A stretch of 64,000 nt of DNA from an uncultured Pelagibacteraceae bacterium. GTDB lineage: Bacteria > Pseudomonadota > Alphaproteobacteria > Pelagibacterales > Pelagibacteraceae. The DNA lies in assembly GCA_902593445.1 (NCBI GenBank), contig CACJIJ010000001.1, positions 15,069-79,068 on the forward strand, read 5' to 3'. Position 1 is the stretch's first letter. The number at the start of each line of letters is the position of its first letter. The notes beneath the pieces were generated by a model. It was not told the DNA's origin. It did no database searches and was given only the letters and a program-made list of their open reading frames with translations. Both the position numbers and the translations under genes were made by a program. Positions 28,127-38,096 of this stretch are shown in pieces.

Positions 28127-28862
28127 TTTTTATTTCATAGGTAATTATTCAAATATATATAAAAAACCTTCGAGTAAATCGGAAGTTACCTCACAAATTT
28201 TATATGGTGAGAAATTCAAAATTTTATCAAAAAATAAAAATTGGATTAAAATTAAAACCTTATTTGATAACTATAAAGGGTTTATTAAAAATTCAAAATA
28301 TGTAGAAAAATTTAAACCTAATTATAAAGTCAGTTCATTAAAAGCAAGGATTTTTAAAAAACCTGGAATTGGAACTAATACTTGGCTTCCTCTTGCGTCT
28401 AAATTATATGCATTTGAACAAAATAAGAATTATGTAAAGATTGAAAAAAATAAATGGATTAAAAAAGCAGATATTAAAAAAGTAAACCATAGAGAAAACA
28501 ATTTTACAAAAACATTTAAAAAATTTTTAAATGTTAAATATGTTTGGGGTGGAAAAACATTTCAAGGTATTGATTGCTCGGCCTTATTACAGATATTTTT
28601 TTGTTATAATAATTCGTTTTATCCAAGAGATACAAAAGATCAGATGAAATATACAAAAAATAATTCAAAAAAAAGAAAATTTAAAAAAGGGGACATTATT
28701 TTTTGGAAAGGTCATGTTGCTATGTGTTTAAATTCTAAAGAACTAATTCACGCTTATGGTCCAGAAAGAAAAGTAATTATTATGCCAATTATAGAAACAA
28801 TTAATAGAATTCAAAAAACTGCCAAGCTAAAGGTAAAAAAAGTATCTAGAATAAAATACTAA
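28113..28862 (+). CDS. NlpC/P60 cysteine peptidase with N-terminal SH3-like domains (gamma-D-Glu-mDAP peptidase-like)
   Basis: SQ.LYGE, Y.WGG....GIDCSAL, PRD...Q, GD.IFWKGHVA, IHA triad; start may be GTG 28116. Confidence 0.82.
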   Translation: MVQSNFYFIGNYSNIYKKPSSKSEVTSQILYGEKFKILSKNKNWIKIKTLFDNYKGFIKNSKYVEKFKPNYKVSSLKARIFKKPGIGTNTWLPLASKLYAFEQNKNYVKIEKNKWIKKADIKKVNHRENNFTKTFKKFLNVKYVWGGKTFQGIDCSALLQIFFCYNNSFYPRDTKDQMKYTKNNSKKRKFKKGDIIFWKGHVAMCLNSKELIHAYGPERKVIIMPIIETINRIQKTAKLKVKKVSRIKY

Positions 28863-29755
28863 TTTCTTCCAAAGTCAGGCTTATCAATATCCTGTTTCAA
28901 TTTAATGATTTTTGACCTTACTTTTTTAGTCTGAATAAGTTTTTTTACAATAGACTTATTATTTCTTGAATTAATATCTTTTTTAAATTGATTTAAATTT
29001 TTAATAAATAAATCAATAGCTTTTGAAATATTTTTTTTATTGTTAAAAAAAATATCTCTCCACATGATTTCATTTGAAGCTGCAATCCTAGAAAAATCTC
29101 TTAATCCACCAGCGCTATATTTGATTAGCTCATAATTTTGTTTTTTTTCAAAATCTTGCGCAGATTTAACCAGATTATATGCAATTAAGTGGGGTAAATG
29201 GCTAGTAATAGAAAAAATTTTGTCATGTTTTTCAGCGCTCATAACAACTACTTTTGCTCCAATTTTTTTCCAAAACTTAGTTAGAATATTTATATTATTT
29301 TTTTTAATTTTTTTTTCTTTAATTATTATACACCATCTATCAGTAAACATATTTTCTTTGCCATGCTCCGGTCCACTGACCTCTGATCCAGCTATCGGAT
29401 GACTTTGAATCCAATGAACACCTTTCTTTAAAAATTTATTTATAATTTTAGAAGTCTCAATTTTTGAAGAACCAATATCTGTAATCAATGTTTTTGATAG
29501 TATAAAGTTATTAATTTTTAAAATAATATTTTTATATTCACTCATTGGTGTACAAAAAATGATTAGATCGGAATTACTTACACCTTCTTTTAATGATTTA
29601 ACAATTGTTCCAGGTAATTTTAATCTTTTAATCTTAGCGAGATTAGATTTTGATTTTTCGTAAATAAATATTTTTTTTGCTATTTTTTTTTTACTAATAC
29701 GCCTTAATAAAGATGAACCTAATAATCCACAGCCAATAATTAAAATATTTTTCAT
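28859..29755 (-). CDS. tyrA: Prephenate/arogenate (cyclohexadienyl) dehydrogenase
   Basis: IIGCGLLGSS, TDIGSSK, HPIAGSE.SG, HD....SHLPH, GG.RDF.RIAAS...MWRDIF. Confidence 0.92.
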   Translation of the reverse strand: MKNILIIGCGLLGSSLLRRISKKKIAKKIFIYEKSKSNLAKIKRLKLPGTIVKSLKEGVSNSDLIIFCTPMSEYKNIILKINNFILSKTLITDIGSSKIETSKIINKFLKKGVHWIQSHPIAGSEVSGPEHGKENMFTDRWCIIIKEKKIKKNNINILTKFWKKIGAKVVVMSAEKHDKIFSITSHLPHLIAYNLVKSAQDFEKKQNYELIKYSAGGLRDFSRIAASNEIMWRDIFFNNKKNISKAIDLFIKNLNQFKKDINSRNNKSIVKKLIQTKKVRSKIIKLKQDIDKPDFGRN

Positions 29756-30837
29756 TTTTTCAATACTTGCTTAATAACACTCATAAATTTTAAGTTTTCT
29801 TTTTTAGATCCAATAGTTAACCTTAATTTATTCTTTATATGATAACCATCTTCTGTTGATCTTAAAATAATTCCCTTATTTTTAAGTTTTTCATACAGAA
29901 ATTTTGCTGAATATTTACATTTTTCAAAATTAAGTAATAAAAAATTTGCAGAAACTGAATTTGAAAAAATATTATATGTCTTGAGGAATTTCTTAATTTT
30001 TACAGAATATAATAAATTGTGTCTAATCGATTTATTTATGAAAACTTTATCCTTAAGCGACTCAATGGCAGCTAATTGAGCAACACCATTTATATTAAAT
30101 GGAGGTTTTATAACATTTAGTGCATCCACTATTTTTTTTGATCCGTATCCCCAACCTACTCTTAGAGAAGCTAATCCAAACATTTTAGAAAAAGTTCTAA
30201 GGATGAAAACATTGTCTTTGTTCTTAAATAAATCTAACCCAGATGAATAATCTTTATTTTTCATATATTCCGCATATGCATCATCTATAACTAGTAAAAT
30301 TTTTTTATTTAATCTTTTTCTTAATTCTAAAACCTCTTTTTTAGTCAAATAAGTTCCTGTTGGATTATTTGGATTGGCTATAAAGACAATTTTAGTTTTT
30401 TTTGTAATTTTTTTTAAAATTTCTTTGACTGAAACTTTAAAATTAATTTCTTTTGCAAATACAACTTTCGCACCAACAATTTTTGAATAAATTCTGTACA
30501 TTAGAAAACTATACTCAGGTACCACAACCTCATCTTTTGGGTTTAAAAACAACTGACATATCATTTGAATAACTTCGTCTGAACCTGCTCCACAAATAAT
30601 TTTCTCAGAATTACATTTGTAAGCTTTGGATATTGCTTTTCTTAAATTAAGAGATTTTCCATCTGGGTATTTATCTAAATTTAGATTTTTATTTGATATT
30701 ATTTTCTTTGCTTTAGGACTCATGCCTAAAGCAGACTCATTTGCAGAAAGCTTAATAACGTTCTTATGTTTCTTAACTTTTGATTTACCGGGCTTATAAG
30801 CCTCAATGTTAAATTTTTTAAAATTTGGAGTTGTCAT
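29752..30837 (-). CDS. hisC: Histidinol-phosphate aminotransferase
   Basis: KLSANE, YPD, GAGSDE, NPNNPTG, DDAY.EY, RTFSK.FGLA.LRVGW. Confidence 0.93.
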   Translation of the reverse strand: MTTPNFKKFNIEAYKPGKSKVKKHKNVIKLSANESALGMSPKAKKIISNKNLNLDKYPDGKSLNLRKAISKAYKCNSEKIICGAGSDEVIQMICQLFLNPKDEVVVPEYSFLMYRIYSKIVGAKVVFAKEINFKVSVKEILKKITKKTKIVFIANPNNPTGTYLTKKEVLELRKRLNKKILLVIDDAYAEYMKNKDYSSGLDLFKNKDNVFILRTFSKMFGLASLRVGWGYGSKKIVDALNVIKPPFNINGVAQLAAIESLKDKVFINKSIRHNLLYSVKIKKFLKTYNIFSNSVSANFLLLNFEKCKYSAKFLYEKLKNKGIILRSTEDGYHIKNKLRLTIGSKKENLKFMSVIKQVLKK

Positions 30838-30909
30838 TTTTTTAATTTATGTGCTCTTTATAGATAAAATTACAAAATTTTATAGAGAATAAGAGGATTT
30901 TTTAAAAAA

Positions 30910-30938
30910 TTGACATAATAAATAAGTTCTAGTAAAAA
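30910..30938 (+). promoter_or_regulatory. Putative sigma70 promoter of the SAM-II/metX transcript
   Basis: TTGACA (30910-30915)-N17-TAAAAA; the predicted start site falls near 30945, the first base of the riboswitch P1. Confidence 0.6.
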
Positions 30939-30942
30939 AATT

Positions 30943-30995
30943 ATGCGCTGATTTAACTGAATTGCGAGCGCTTAAAAAAAACCGCTAAAATAGTT
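30943..30995 (+). ncRNA. SAM-II (SAM-alpha) riboswitch upstream of metX
   Basis: GCGCUGAUUUAACUGAAUUGCGAGCGC...CCGCUAAAAUAGUU. P1 GCGCU(30945-49)/AGCGC(30967-71); conserved GAUUU loop; UUGC/GCUAAA core; AACUG/UAGUU pseudoknot helix; upstream of a Met biosynthesis gene. Confidence 0.9.
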
Positions 30996-31026
30996 TTTTT
31001 TCTCACAATTCAAACAGTCAAAAACT

Positions 31027-32142
31027 ATGAATACTGAGAAAAACATAAAAACATTAATTATAAAGAAACCGCTAAAATTAGACTGTGGAAAGACCATAAA
31101 AGATTTTCCGATAGCCTATGAAACTTATGGATCACTTAATTCAAAAAAAGATAATGCAATATTAGTTTTTCATGCTCTAACAGGAGATCAATTTGTAACC
31201 GGGATAAATCCTATAACCAACAAAGAGGGTTGGTGGAGTTATGCGGTAGGTCCTGATAAGGCTATCGATACAAATAAATATTTTGTAATTTGCTCTAACG
31301 TAATTGGTGGGTGTATGGGATCATACGGACCAAGTCATAAAGATCCTGATCAAAAAATTTTTGGAACAAATTTTCCAGTTATCACTATTAATGATATGGT
31401 AAATGCTCAATATAATTTACTTGATCATTTTGGTATTGATAAACTATTTTCTATAACTGGAGGTTCAATGGGAGGTATGCAAGTCCTTCAGTTTATTAGC
31501 AACTTTCCTGATAAGTCTAAAACAGTAATACCAATAGCAACCACATCTAGTCATTCAGCACAAAATATTGCTTTTAACGAGCTAGGTAGACAAGCTATTA
31601 CGGCTGATAGTAACTGGAAAGATGGAAACTATACATCAAACGAAACTAATCCTGGTAAAGGATTGGCAGTAGCAAGAATGGCAGCTCATATAACTTATTT
31701 ATCTAAAAAAGGTTTACAGGAAAAATTTGGAAGAAAGTTACAAGAAAGAGAAGATTTAAAATTTGGATTTGACGCTGACTTTCAAATAGAAAGTTATTTA
31801 AGATATCAGGGCTCAGTTTTTGTAGATAGATTTGATGCAAATAGTTATCTTTATATTACTAGGGCTATGGATTATTTTGATTTAGCTAAGCAATTCAAAG
31901 GTAATCTTTCAGAAGCATTTATAAATACAAACGCAAAATTTTTTATAATCTCATTTACCTCAGATTGGCTTTATCCAACCCAAGAAAATAAAGATATTGT
32001 GATTGCTTTAAACTCAATAGGAGCTGATGTTGGATTTGTGGAAATTAAGTCAGACAAGGGTCACGACTCCTTTTTACTAGACGTCCCTGATTTCTTAAAT
32101 GCACTTAAAAACTTTTTAGATAAATCTTATGAAGAAAATTAA
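31027..32142 (+). CDS. metX: Homoserine O-acyltransferase (MetX family; acetyl vs succinyl specificity not determinable by eye)
   Basis: AYETYG.LN, HALTGD, NV.GGC.GS.GP, GGSMGGMQ, RFDANSY, SDWLYP, GHDSFLL. Confidence 0.95.
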   Translation: MNTEKNIKTLIIKKPLKLDCGKTIKDFPIAYETYGSLNSKKDNAILVFHALTGDQFVTGINPITNKEGWWSYAVGPDKAIDTNKYFVICSNVIGGCMGSYGPSHKDPDQKIFGTNFPVITINDMVNAQYNLLDHFGIDKLFSITGGSMGGMQVLQFISNFPDKSKTVIPIATTSSHSAQNIAFNELGRQAITADSNWKDGNYTSNETNPGKGLAVARMAAHITYLSKKGLQEKFGRKLQEREDLKFGFDADFQIESYLRYQGSVFVDRFDANSYLYITRAMDYFDLAKQFKGNLSEAFINTNAKFFIISFTSDWLYPTQENKDIVIALNSIGADVGFVEIKSDKGHDSFLLDVPDFLNALKNFLDKSYEEN

Positions 32143-32144
32143 TT

Positions 32145-32741
32145 ATGAAAAATGAATTTCAAGTAATAGCAGACTTAATTGAAAAAGATAAAAAAGTCTT
32201 AGATGTAGGTTGTGCTGATGGAACTTTGATGAAATTTTTAAAGGATAATAAAAACATAAATATAAGAGGATTAGAGATTTCAAAAGAAAAAGTGCAAGAA
32301 TGTATTGCAAAAGGTTTAACTGTAATTGAAGGAAATGCCGAAAAAGATTTAAAGCAATTTCCAGACAAATCATTTGATTATGTTGTTTTAAGTCAAACTC
32401 TTCAAGCTTTTCTTAATCCTGAATTAGTTTTAAATGAACTTTTAAGAGTTGGAAAAAAAGCAATAGTTACAATTCCAAATTTTGGATACTGGAAAGTAAG
32501 ATTTCATTTATTATTAAAAGGTACAATGCCGATTACAAAAACATTACCAGATGAATGGTATAATACACCAAATTTACATATGTGCACAATCAAAGATTTT
32601 TTTCACTTTGTAAAATCGAGAGATATTAAGATTTTTAAATCACTTGCTTTAAACAATGTTAATACATCAATAATTAATGAGAGTAATTTAGGTATTAAAA
32701 ATTTGTTTGCAGATCTTGGTATATTTTTGATAGAAAAATAA
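32145..32741 (+). CDS. metW: Methionine biosynthesis protein MetW
   Basis: VLDVGC.DG.L, F.DKSFDYVVLSQTLQ, PNFGYW..R, WY.TPN.H.CTI.DF. Confidence 0.93.
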   Translation: MKNEFQVIADLIEKDKKVLDVGCADGTLMKFLKDNKNINIRGLEISKEKVQECIAKGLTVIEGNAEKDLKQFPDKSFDYVVLSQTLQAFLNPELVLNELLRVGKKAIVTIPNFGYWKVRFHLLLKGTMPITKTLPDEWYNTPNLHMCTIKDFFHFVKSRDIKIFKSLALNNVNTSIINESNLGIKNLFADLGIFLIEK

Positions 32742-32742
32742 A

Positions 32743-33462
32743 ATGCGTATTGAAATTATACCTTGTCTTCAAGACAACTATAGCTATTTAATAATAGATG
32801 AAAGTAATAATTCTGCGTGTGTTGTAGATCCTAGTGAGTCTCAACCAATAATAAGTTTCCTAGAAAATAGCAATATAAAACTAAAATATATCCTTAATAC
32901 TCATCATCATTATGATCATATCGGAGGAAATCAAGAATTAAAAAAAAAATATGGATCAATCGTTATTGGTTTTAAAGGAGACTCGAAACGAATACCAGGG
33001 ATAGACATAATGTTAGAAGATAATCAAATATGGAAAGCTGAAAACTTTAAAGCTAAAATTATGCATATACCTGGACATACTTCAGGCCATATTTGTTTTA
33101 ATTTTTTTAAAGAAAAATTAGTTTTTACTGGAGATACACTTTTCTCACTTGGTTGTGGAAGAATATTTGAGGGCACTTATGAAGAAATGTTTGAATCTTT
33201 AAACAAAATTAAATTATTACCAAAAGATACAAAAATTTATTGTGGTCATGAATACACTCTTAACAATGCAAAATTTTGTAAAAAATATGATCATGAGAAC
33301 AAAGATTTACAAAAAAAAATAGAAAAAATAGAAAAATTAAGAGAAGATGGAATTCCTACAATACCCTCAACTTTAAAAGAGGAATTAGAGTGTAATATAT
33401 TTTTAAGAGCAAAAGATGTTAAAACCTTTTCAAAATTAAGAGATTTTAAGGATAATTTCTAA
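32743..33462 (+). CDS. gloB: Hydroxyacylglutathione hydrolase (glyoxalase II)
   Basis: DNYSY, THHHYDHIGG, PGHT.GH, FTGDTLF..GCGR.FEG, YCGHEYT..N. Confidence 0.93.
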   Translation: MRIEIIPCLQDNYSYLIIDESNNSACVVDPSESQPIISFLENSNIKLKYILNTHHHYDHIGGNQELKKKYGSIVIGFKGDSKRIPGIDIMLEDNQIWKAENFKAKIMHIPGHTSGHICFNFFKEKLVFTGDTLFSLGCGRIFEGTYEEMFESLNKIKLLPKDTKIYCGHEYTLNNAKFCKKYDHENKDLQKKIEKIEKLREDGIPTIPSTLKEELECNIFLRAKDVKTFSKLRDFKDNF

Positions 33463-33471
33463 TTAATTCGG

Positions 33472-33500
33472 CTTGACTAAAGGCTGACTACAACTATATT
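33472..33500 (+). promoter_or_regulatory. Putative sigma70 promoter of the rplU-rpmA-obgE operon
   Basis: CTTGAC-N16-CTATAT, close to the alphaproteobacterial RpoD consensus. Confidence 0.65.
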
Positions 33501-33526
33501 GCTTTAATTTTAAATAAAATCATACT

Positions 33527-33925
33527 ATGTCATACGCAGTAATAAAAACAGGTGGAAAACAGTACAAAGTAAAATCTGGAGAAATTCTAAAGATTGAAAA
33601 ACTACCAGACTCTAAACCAGAGACTAAGATAGAGTTTAATGAAATTTTGGCATACGGTGATGACAAATCAATTGAAATTGGAACTCCAAATGTTGAGGGT
33701 GCAAAAGTAGAAGCTGATTTAATTAAAAATAGCAAAAATAGAACTATTTTAATTTTTAAAAAAAGAAGAAGACAAAATTCAAGAAGAAAAAATGGGCATA
33801 GACAAGAATATTCTATGATAAGAATTAACAAAATTTTTTCAAAAGATGGTAAGGTGTTATCAGAAGCTGAAAAAATCTCTAAAACTTCAAAAAAAGAAGA
33901 AGTTAAGGAAGCAGTAAGCAAATAG
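33527..33925 (+). CDS. rplU: 50S ribosomal protein L21 (with charged C-terminal extension)
   Basis: YAVIKTGGKQYKV, IG.P.V.GA.V, FKKRRR.NSRR..GHRQ. Confidence 0.97.
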   Translation: MSYAVIKTGGKQYKVKSGEILKIEKLPDSKPETKIEFNEILAYGDDKSIEIGTPNVEGAKVEADLIKNSKNRTILIFKKRRRQNSRRKNGHRQEYSMIRINKIFSKDGKVLSEAEKISKTSKKEEVKEAVSK

Positions 33926-33939
33926 TTATTAGGTAAATT

Positions 33940-34194
33940 ATGGCAACAAAAAAAGCAGGTGGATCATCACGAAACGGACGAGATAGTGCAGGTAGAAGAC
34001 TTGGTGTAAAAAAGTATGGTGGTGAAACAGTAATTCCTGGAAACATAATTGTTAGACAGAGAGGAACTAAGATTTTTCCAGGTGAAAATGTTGGTATGGG
34101 TAAAGATCATTCAATATTTTCGGTTGTTAAAGGAAAAGTTGTCTTCAAAAAATCTAAATCAGATAGAACTTTCGTTTCTGTAAAGCCCAATTAA
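33940..34194 (+). CDS. rpmA: 50S ribosomal protein L27
   Basis: [35 protein letters not shown]. Confidence 0.98.
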   Translation: MATKKAGGSSRNGRDSAGRRLGVKKYGGETVIPGNIIVRQRGTKIFPGENVGMGKDHSIFSVVKGKVVFKKSKSDRTFVSVKPN

Positions 34195-34225
34195 TAGTAC
34201 AACCAATTAAAATAGATGTTGTATT

Positions 34226-35209
34226 ATGAAATTTCTCGATCAAGTTAAAATTTATATTAAAGCTGGAAACGGTGGAGATGGATCTCCTAGTTTTAGAAGA
34301 GAGAAATATGTTGAGTTTGGTGGACCAGATGGTGGAGATGGTGGAAAAGGTGGATCAATTATTTTAAAGTCAGAAAAAAATTTAAATACCCTTATTGATT
34401 ATCGATATCAACAACACCACAAAGCCGAACGTGGAGAAAATGGTTCTGGTCAAAACCGAACAGGAAAAGGTGGTGAAGATTTAATTTTAAAAGTTCCTCT
34501 AGGTACACAGGTATTTGAAGAGGATAACAAAACTCTTCTTTTCGATTTTAATAAAAAAGGTGAAGAATATGTTGCAGCTGCTGGTGGAAAAGGAGGTTTA
34601 GGAAACACAAGATTTAAAAGTTCTACAAATAGAGCTCCAAGAAAATTTACTAAGGGCACTATCGGAGAAGAATTTACAATATGGCTTCAATTAAAAACAA
34701 TTGCTGATATCGGTATTATTGGATTACCAAATGCAGGAAAATCAAGTTTATTAGCAGCATTAACAAACGCAAATCCAAAAATTGCAAATTACAAATTCAC
34801 AACTATTAATCCAAACCTTGGAGTGGCTTCTTACGATGATAAAGAAATTACCATTGCAGATATTCCAGGATTAGTTGAAGGAGCTCATGAAGGTATAGGC
34901 TTAGGAATACAGTTTTTAAAACATATAGAGAGATGTAAGTCTTTACTACACTTAATCGATGTGACCAACTTAGATCTGAATGAGTCTTATAATCAGGTGA
35001 AAAATGAATTAAAAAGCTACAGTGCAAAGTTATTAGAAAAAAAAGAACTAATTGTGCTTAATAAAATTGATTTGATTGATGAAGAAACAGCAAATGAAGT
35101 TATAGATCATTTTTCAAAAGGTAAAAATTGTGAGATTATGACAATGACAACTCTGGAAAAAGGATCTGTATCAAAAATTAAAGCAAAACTTTTGTCTTAT
35201 GTATCTTAA
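34226..35209 (+). CDS. obgE: GTPase ObgE/CgtA
   Basis: Gly-rich Obg fold (GGPDGGDGG), GLPNAGKS, YKFTT, DIPG, NKID. Confidence 0.97.
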   Translation: MKFLDQVKIYIKAGNGGDGSPSFRREKYVEFGGPDGGDGGKGGSIILKSEKNLNTLIDYRYQQHHKAERGENGSGQNRTGKGGEDLILKVPLGTQVFEEDNKTLLFDFNKKGEEYVAAAGGKGGLGNTRFKSSTNRAPRKFTKGTIGEEFTIWLQLKTIADIGIIGLPNAGKSSLLAALTNANPKIANYKFTTINPNLGVASYDDKEITIADIPGLVEGAHEGIGLGIQFLKHIERCKSLLHLIDVTNLDLNESYNQVKNELKSYSAKLLEKKELIVLNKIDLIDEETANEVIDHFSKGKNCEIMTMTTLEKGSVSKIKAKLLSYVS

Positions 35210-36305
35210 AAACTCCAAAATAATTGTTGTCAAAATTGGATCATCTCTTCTAGTTGATCAAAATAAAAAAATTAGGAGACAATGGTTATCTAGTTTTGCA
35301 AAAGATATTAAAAAATTAAGAGATAAAAATCAAAAAGTAGTTATTGTTAGCTCTGGCGCTATAGCTTTGGGTTGCAAGAAAATGAATTATAACAAAAAAA
35401 ATATCAAATTAGATAAGAGTCAAGCTATTGCTTCTATTGGTCAAATAGAGCTGATGAATTTATTTTCTCAAACTTTCGCAAAATATAAATTAAATATTTC
35501 TCAGATTTTGCTTACATTAGAAGATACTGAGGAAAGAAGAAGATCTCTCAATGCAAAACGGACTTTTGATAATCTTTTTGAACTTGGTTTTATTCCTGTG
35601 GTCAATGAAAATGATACTATTGCAACGAGTGAAATAAAATATGGAGATAATGATAGATTGGCATCTAGGGTTGCGCAAATTACAAACGCAGATACCTTAA
35701 TTTTATTATCTGATGTTGATGGTTTGTATACAAAAAATCCTAAAATTTTTAAGGATGCTAAACTAATAAACAAAATTGATGACCTAAATAAAGATCTAAA
35801 AAAAATTTATATTAAAGGCGTAAATGAATATGGAAGTGGTGGTATGCATACAAAAATTGAAGCAGCAAAAATATGTCAGCTTGCTGGTACTAGTATGGTT
35901 ATTGCAAATGGACTATATTCAAATCCTATCTCAAAAATAATTGAAAAAAATAACTGCACCTGGTTAAGTCCAAAAATTTCAAAGTTAGATGCTAGAAAAA
36001 AATGGATAATAAGTTCTGTAGCACCTAAAGGAGCATTAATAATTGATGATGGTGCTAAAAAAGCATTAAAATCTGGAAAAAGTTTGTTAGCAGCAGGAAT
36101 TAAAAAAGTTTTGGGAAGATTTAACAAAGGTGATCATATTAAAGTATTAGATAAAAAAAATAACGAATGTGCTAGAGGGTTAAGTTCCTTTACTTCTGAT
36201 GAGGTGAATAAAATTATGGGTCATCACTCGAATGAAATTGAAAAATTATTAGGCTATGTTGCAAAATCAGAAGTTATTCATAAAGATGATATGGTGGAAA
36301 TTTAA
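35199..36305 (+). CDS. proB: Glutamate 5-kinase with PUA domain
   Basis: VVKIGSS, VSSGA, NEND, GDNDRL, GGM.TK..AA, SLL..G, HKDD. Confidence 0.95.
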   Translation: MYLKNSKIIVVKIGSSLLVDQNKKIRRQWLSSFAKDIKKLRDKNQKVVIVSSGAIALGCKKMNYNKKNIKLDKSQAIASIGQIELMNLFSQTFAKYKLNISQILLTLEDTEERRRSLNAKRTFDNLFELGFIPVVNENDTIATSEIKYGDNDRLASRVAQITNADTLILLSDVDGLYTKNPKIFKDAKLINKIDDLNKDLKKIYIKGVNEYGSGGMHTKIEAAKICQLAGTSMVIANGLYSNPISKIIEKNNCTWLSPKISKLDARKKWIISSVAPKGALIIDDGAKKALKSGKSLLAAGIKKVLGRFNKGDHIKVLDKKNNECARGLSSFTSDEVNKIMGHHSNEIEKLLGYVAKSEVIHKDDMVEI

Positions 36306-37556
36306 ATGATTAAATATATGAATTTAATTGGAAGAAAAGCTCGCAAAGCTAGTGAGTATAAAGTTACAACTGAAGTAAAAAATAAAGTCTTAAATGATTA
36401 CGCGAAATTAATTAAGAATGAAAAAAAATTTATTATTAATCAAAATTCAAAAGATATTGATTACGCAAGAAAAAGAGGGTTAAAAGAGAACTTAATCAAA
36501 AGACTTCATTTAAATGAAAATAAATTGAATGGAATTATAAATTCTATTTTAAAAATAGCTAAATTAAGGGATCCTATAGACAAAACTTTAGACAAATGGA
36601 AAAGACCAAATGGTTTGAACATAAAAAGAGTATCAATACCAATTGGAGTTATTGGTGTTATTTATGAAAGTAGACCAAATGTAACTTCAGATGTTGCTAG
36701 TCTTTGTTTTAAATCTGGAAATGTAGTGATTTTGAAAGGAGGCTCTGAGGCCATAAATTCAAATAAAGCTTTAGCTAAGTTGTTTAGAAAAGCACTTAAA
36801 AAAAATAAAGTTGATGAAAACTTTATTCAATTTATCGACTCAAAACAAAGAAAACTAGTAGATATAATGCTTTCTAAAATGAAAAAATATATCGATGTCA
36901 TCATACCTCGTGGTGGAAAAAATTTGGTTAAAAAAGTTTTAGAATTATCCAAAGTACCTATAATTGGGCACTTAGAGGGACTTTGTCATACTTATATAGA
37001 TAAAGATGCAGAATTAAAAATGGCTAAAGAAGTTGTTTATAACGCTAAATTAAGAAATACAAGTATTTGTGGTGCGACTGAAACTATTCTTATTCATAAA
37101 AATATAGTCAAAAAATTTAGTAATCCTATTTTGCAGGTACTTGAAAATAATGGTTGTAAAATAATTGGTGATAAGATTTTGAAGAATTATTACAAAGGTC
37201 AAGTATATCCTGCAAAAGAAAAAGATTGGTCAACTGAATATTTAGCATCAATTGTATCTGTTAAAGTTGTTAAAAATTCTGAAGAGGCAATTAAGCATAT
37301 TAACAAATACGGAACTATGCACACTGACTCCATCATCACAAAAAATAAAAAGACAGCAAAATATTTTCTAAAAAATGTTAAAAGCTCAATTGCAATGCAT
37401 AATACCTCAACTCAATTTGCTGATGGTGGTGAATTTGGATTTGGTGGAGAAGTTGGAATTTCTACTAATACACTACCACCAAGAGGTCCTGTGGGCTTAA
37501 ATCAATTGATTTCATATAAATATGAAATCACTAGCAATGGTAAAATAAGAAATTAA
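36306..37556 (+). CDS. proA: Glutamate-5-semialdehyde dehydrogenase
   Basis: PIGVIGVIYESRPNVT, KSGN..ILKGG, IIPRGG, CGATET, STQFADGGEFG.G.E.GIST, RGPVGL. Confidence 0.96.
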   Translation: MIKYMNLIGRKARKASEYKVTTEVKNKVLNDYAKLIKNEKKFIINQNSKDIDYARKRGLKENLIKRLHLNENKLNGIINSILKIAKLRDPIDKTLDKWKRPNGLNIKRVSIPIGVIGVIYESRPNVTSDVASLCFKSGNVVILKGGSEAINSNKALAKLFRKALKKNKVDENFIQFIDSKQRKLVDIMLSKMKKYIDVIIPRGGKNLVKKVLELSKVPIIGHLEGLCHTYIDKDAELKMAKEVVYNAKLRNTSICGATETILIHKNIVKKFSNPILQVLENNGCKIIGDKILKNYYKGQVYPAKEKDWSTEYLASIVSVKVVKNSEEAIKHINKYGTMHTDSIITKNKKTAKYFLKNVKSSIAMHNTSTQFADGGEFGFGGEVGISTNTLPPRGPVGLNQLISYKYEITSNGKIRN

Positions 37557-37557
37557 A

Positions 37558-38079
37558 TTGAATAACACAAAAATAAAAATTGGTGTATTAGGTGGATCGT
37601 TTGATCCTGCTCACAAAGGACATTTAGCAATTTCAAAGGAAGCAAAAAAAAGATATAAACTCGAAAAAGTTATTTGGGCAATTACAAAAAAAAATCCATT
37701 TAAAATAGAGAGCAAGACATCTGTTACTGACAGAATTAAATTTTGTAAAAAAATAATTGGTACAAATTCATTTATTAAAGTTAAATTTTATGAAAAAATT
37801 ATTAAATCAAATAAAACTATAAAATTAATCAATCATTTAAAAAAAGATAAAAGCATTGAAATTTATTTTTTAATGGGTGCCGACAACCTTATTAATTTTC
37901 ATAAATGGCATAAATCTAAATTAATTTCACAAAAATGTAATATTCTAGTTTTTGACCGACATGGGTATAAAAAAAATTCTTTAAAATCAAAGACATTTAA
38001 GCAACTTAGTAAGGCTAATCTAGAGTTTATTGAGTTTAATAAAGTCAACATTTCATCTTCTCAATTAAGAAAAATTTGA
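37558..38079 (+). CDS. nadD: Nicotinate-nucleotide adenylyltransferase
   Basis: GGSFDPAHKGH, NPFK, LMGADN...FHKW, ISSSQLR; TTG start; proA-nadD-rsfS synteny. Confidence 0.88.
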   Translation: MNNTKIKIGVLGGSFDPAHKGHLAISKEAKKRYKLEKVIWAITKKNPFKIESKTSVTDRIKFCKKIIGTNSFIKVKFYEKIIKSNKTIKLINHLKKDKSIEIYFLMGADNLINFHKWHKSKLISQKCNILVFDRHGYKKNSLKSKTFKQLSKANLEFIEFNKVNISSSQLRKI

Positions 38080-38096
38080 TAATCTAAAATCAATTA

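Noticed and set aside
30943-31026. Possible tandem SAM-II/SAM-V arrangement
   Set aside because: Only about 30 nt lie between the aptamer and the ATG; no second aptamer is visible
34198-34223. TACAAC/GTTGTA inverted repeat just before the obgE ATG
   Set aside because: A 6-bp stem with a 14-nt loop is too weak to separate from chance without conservation data
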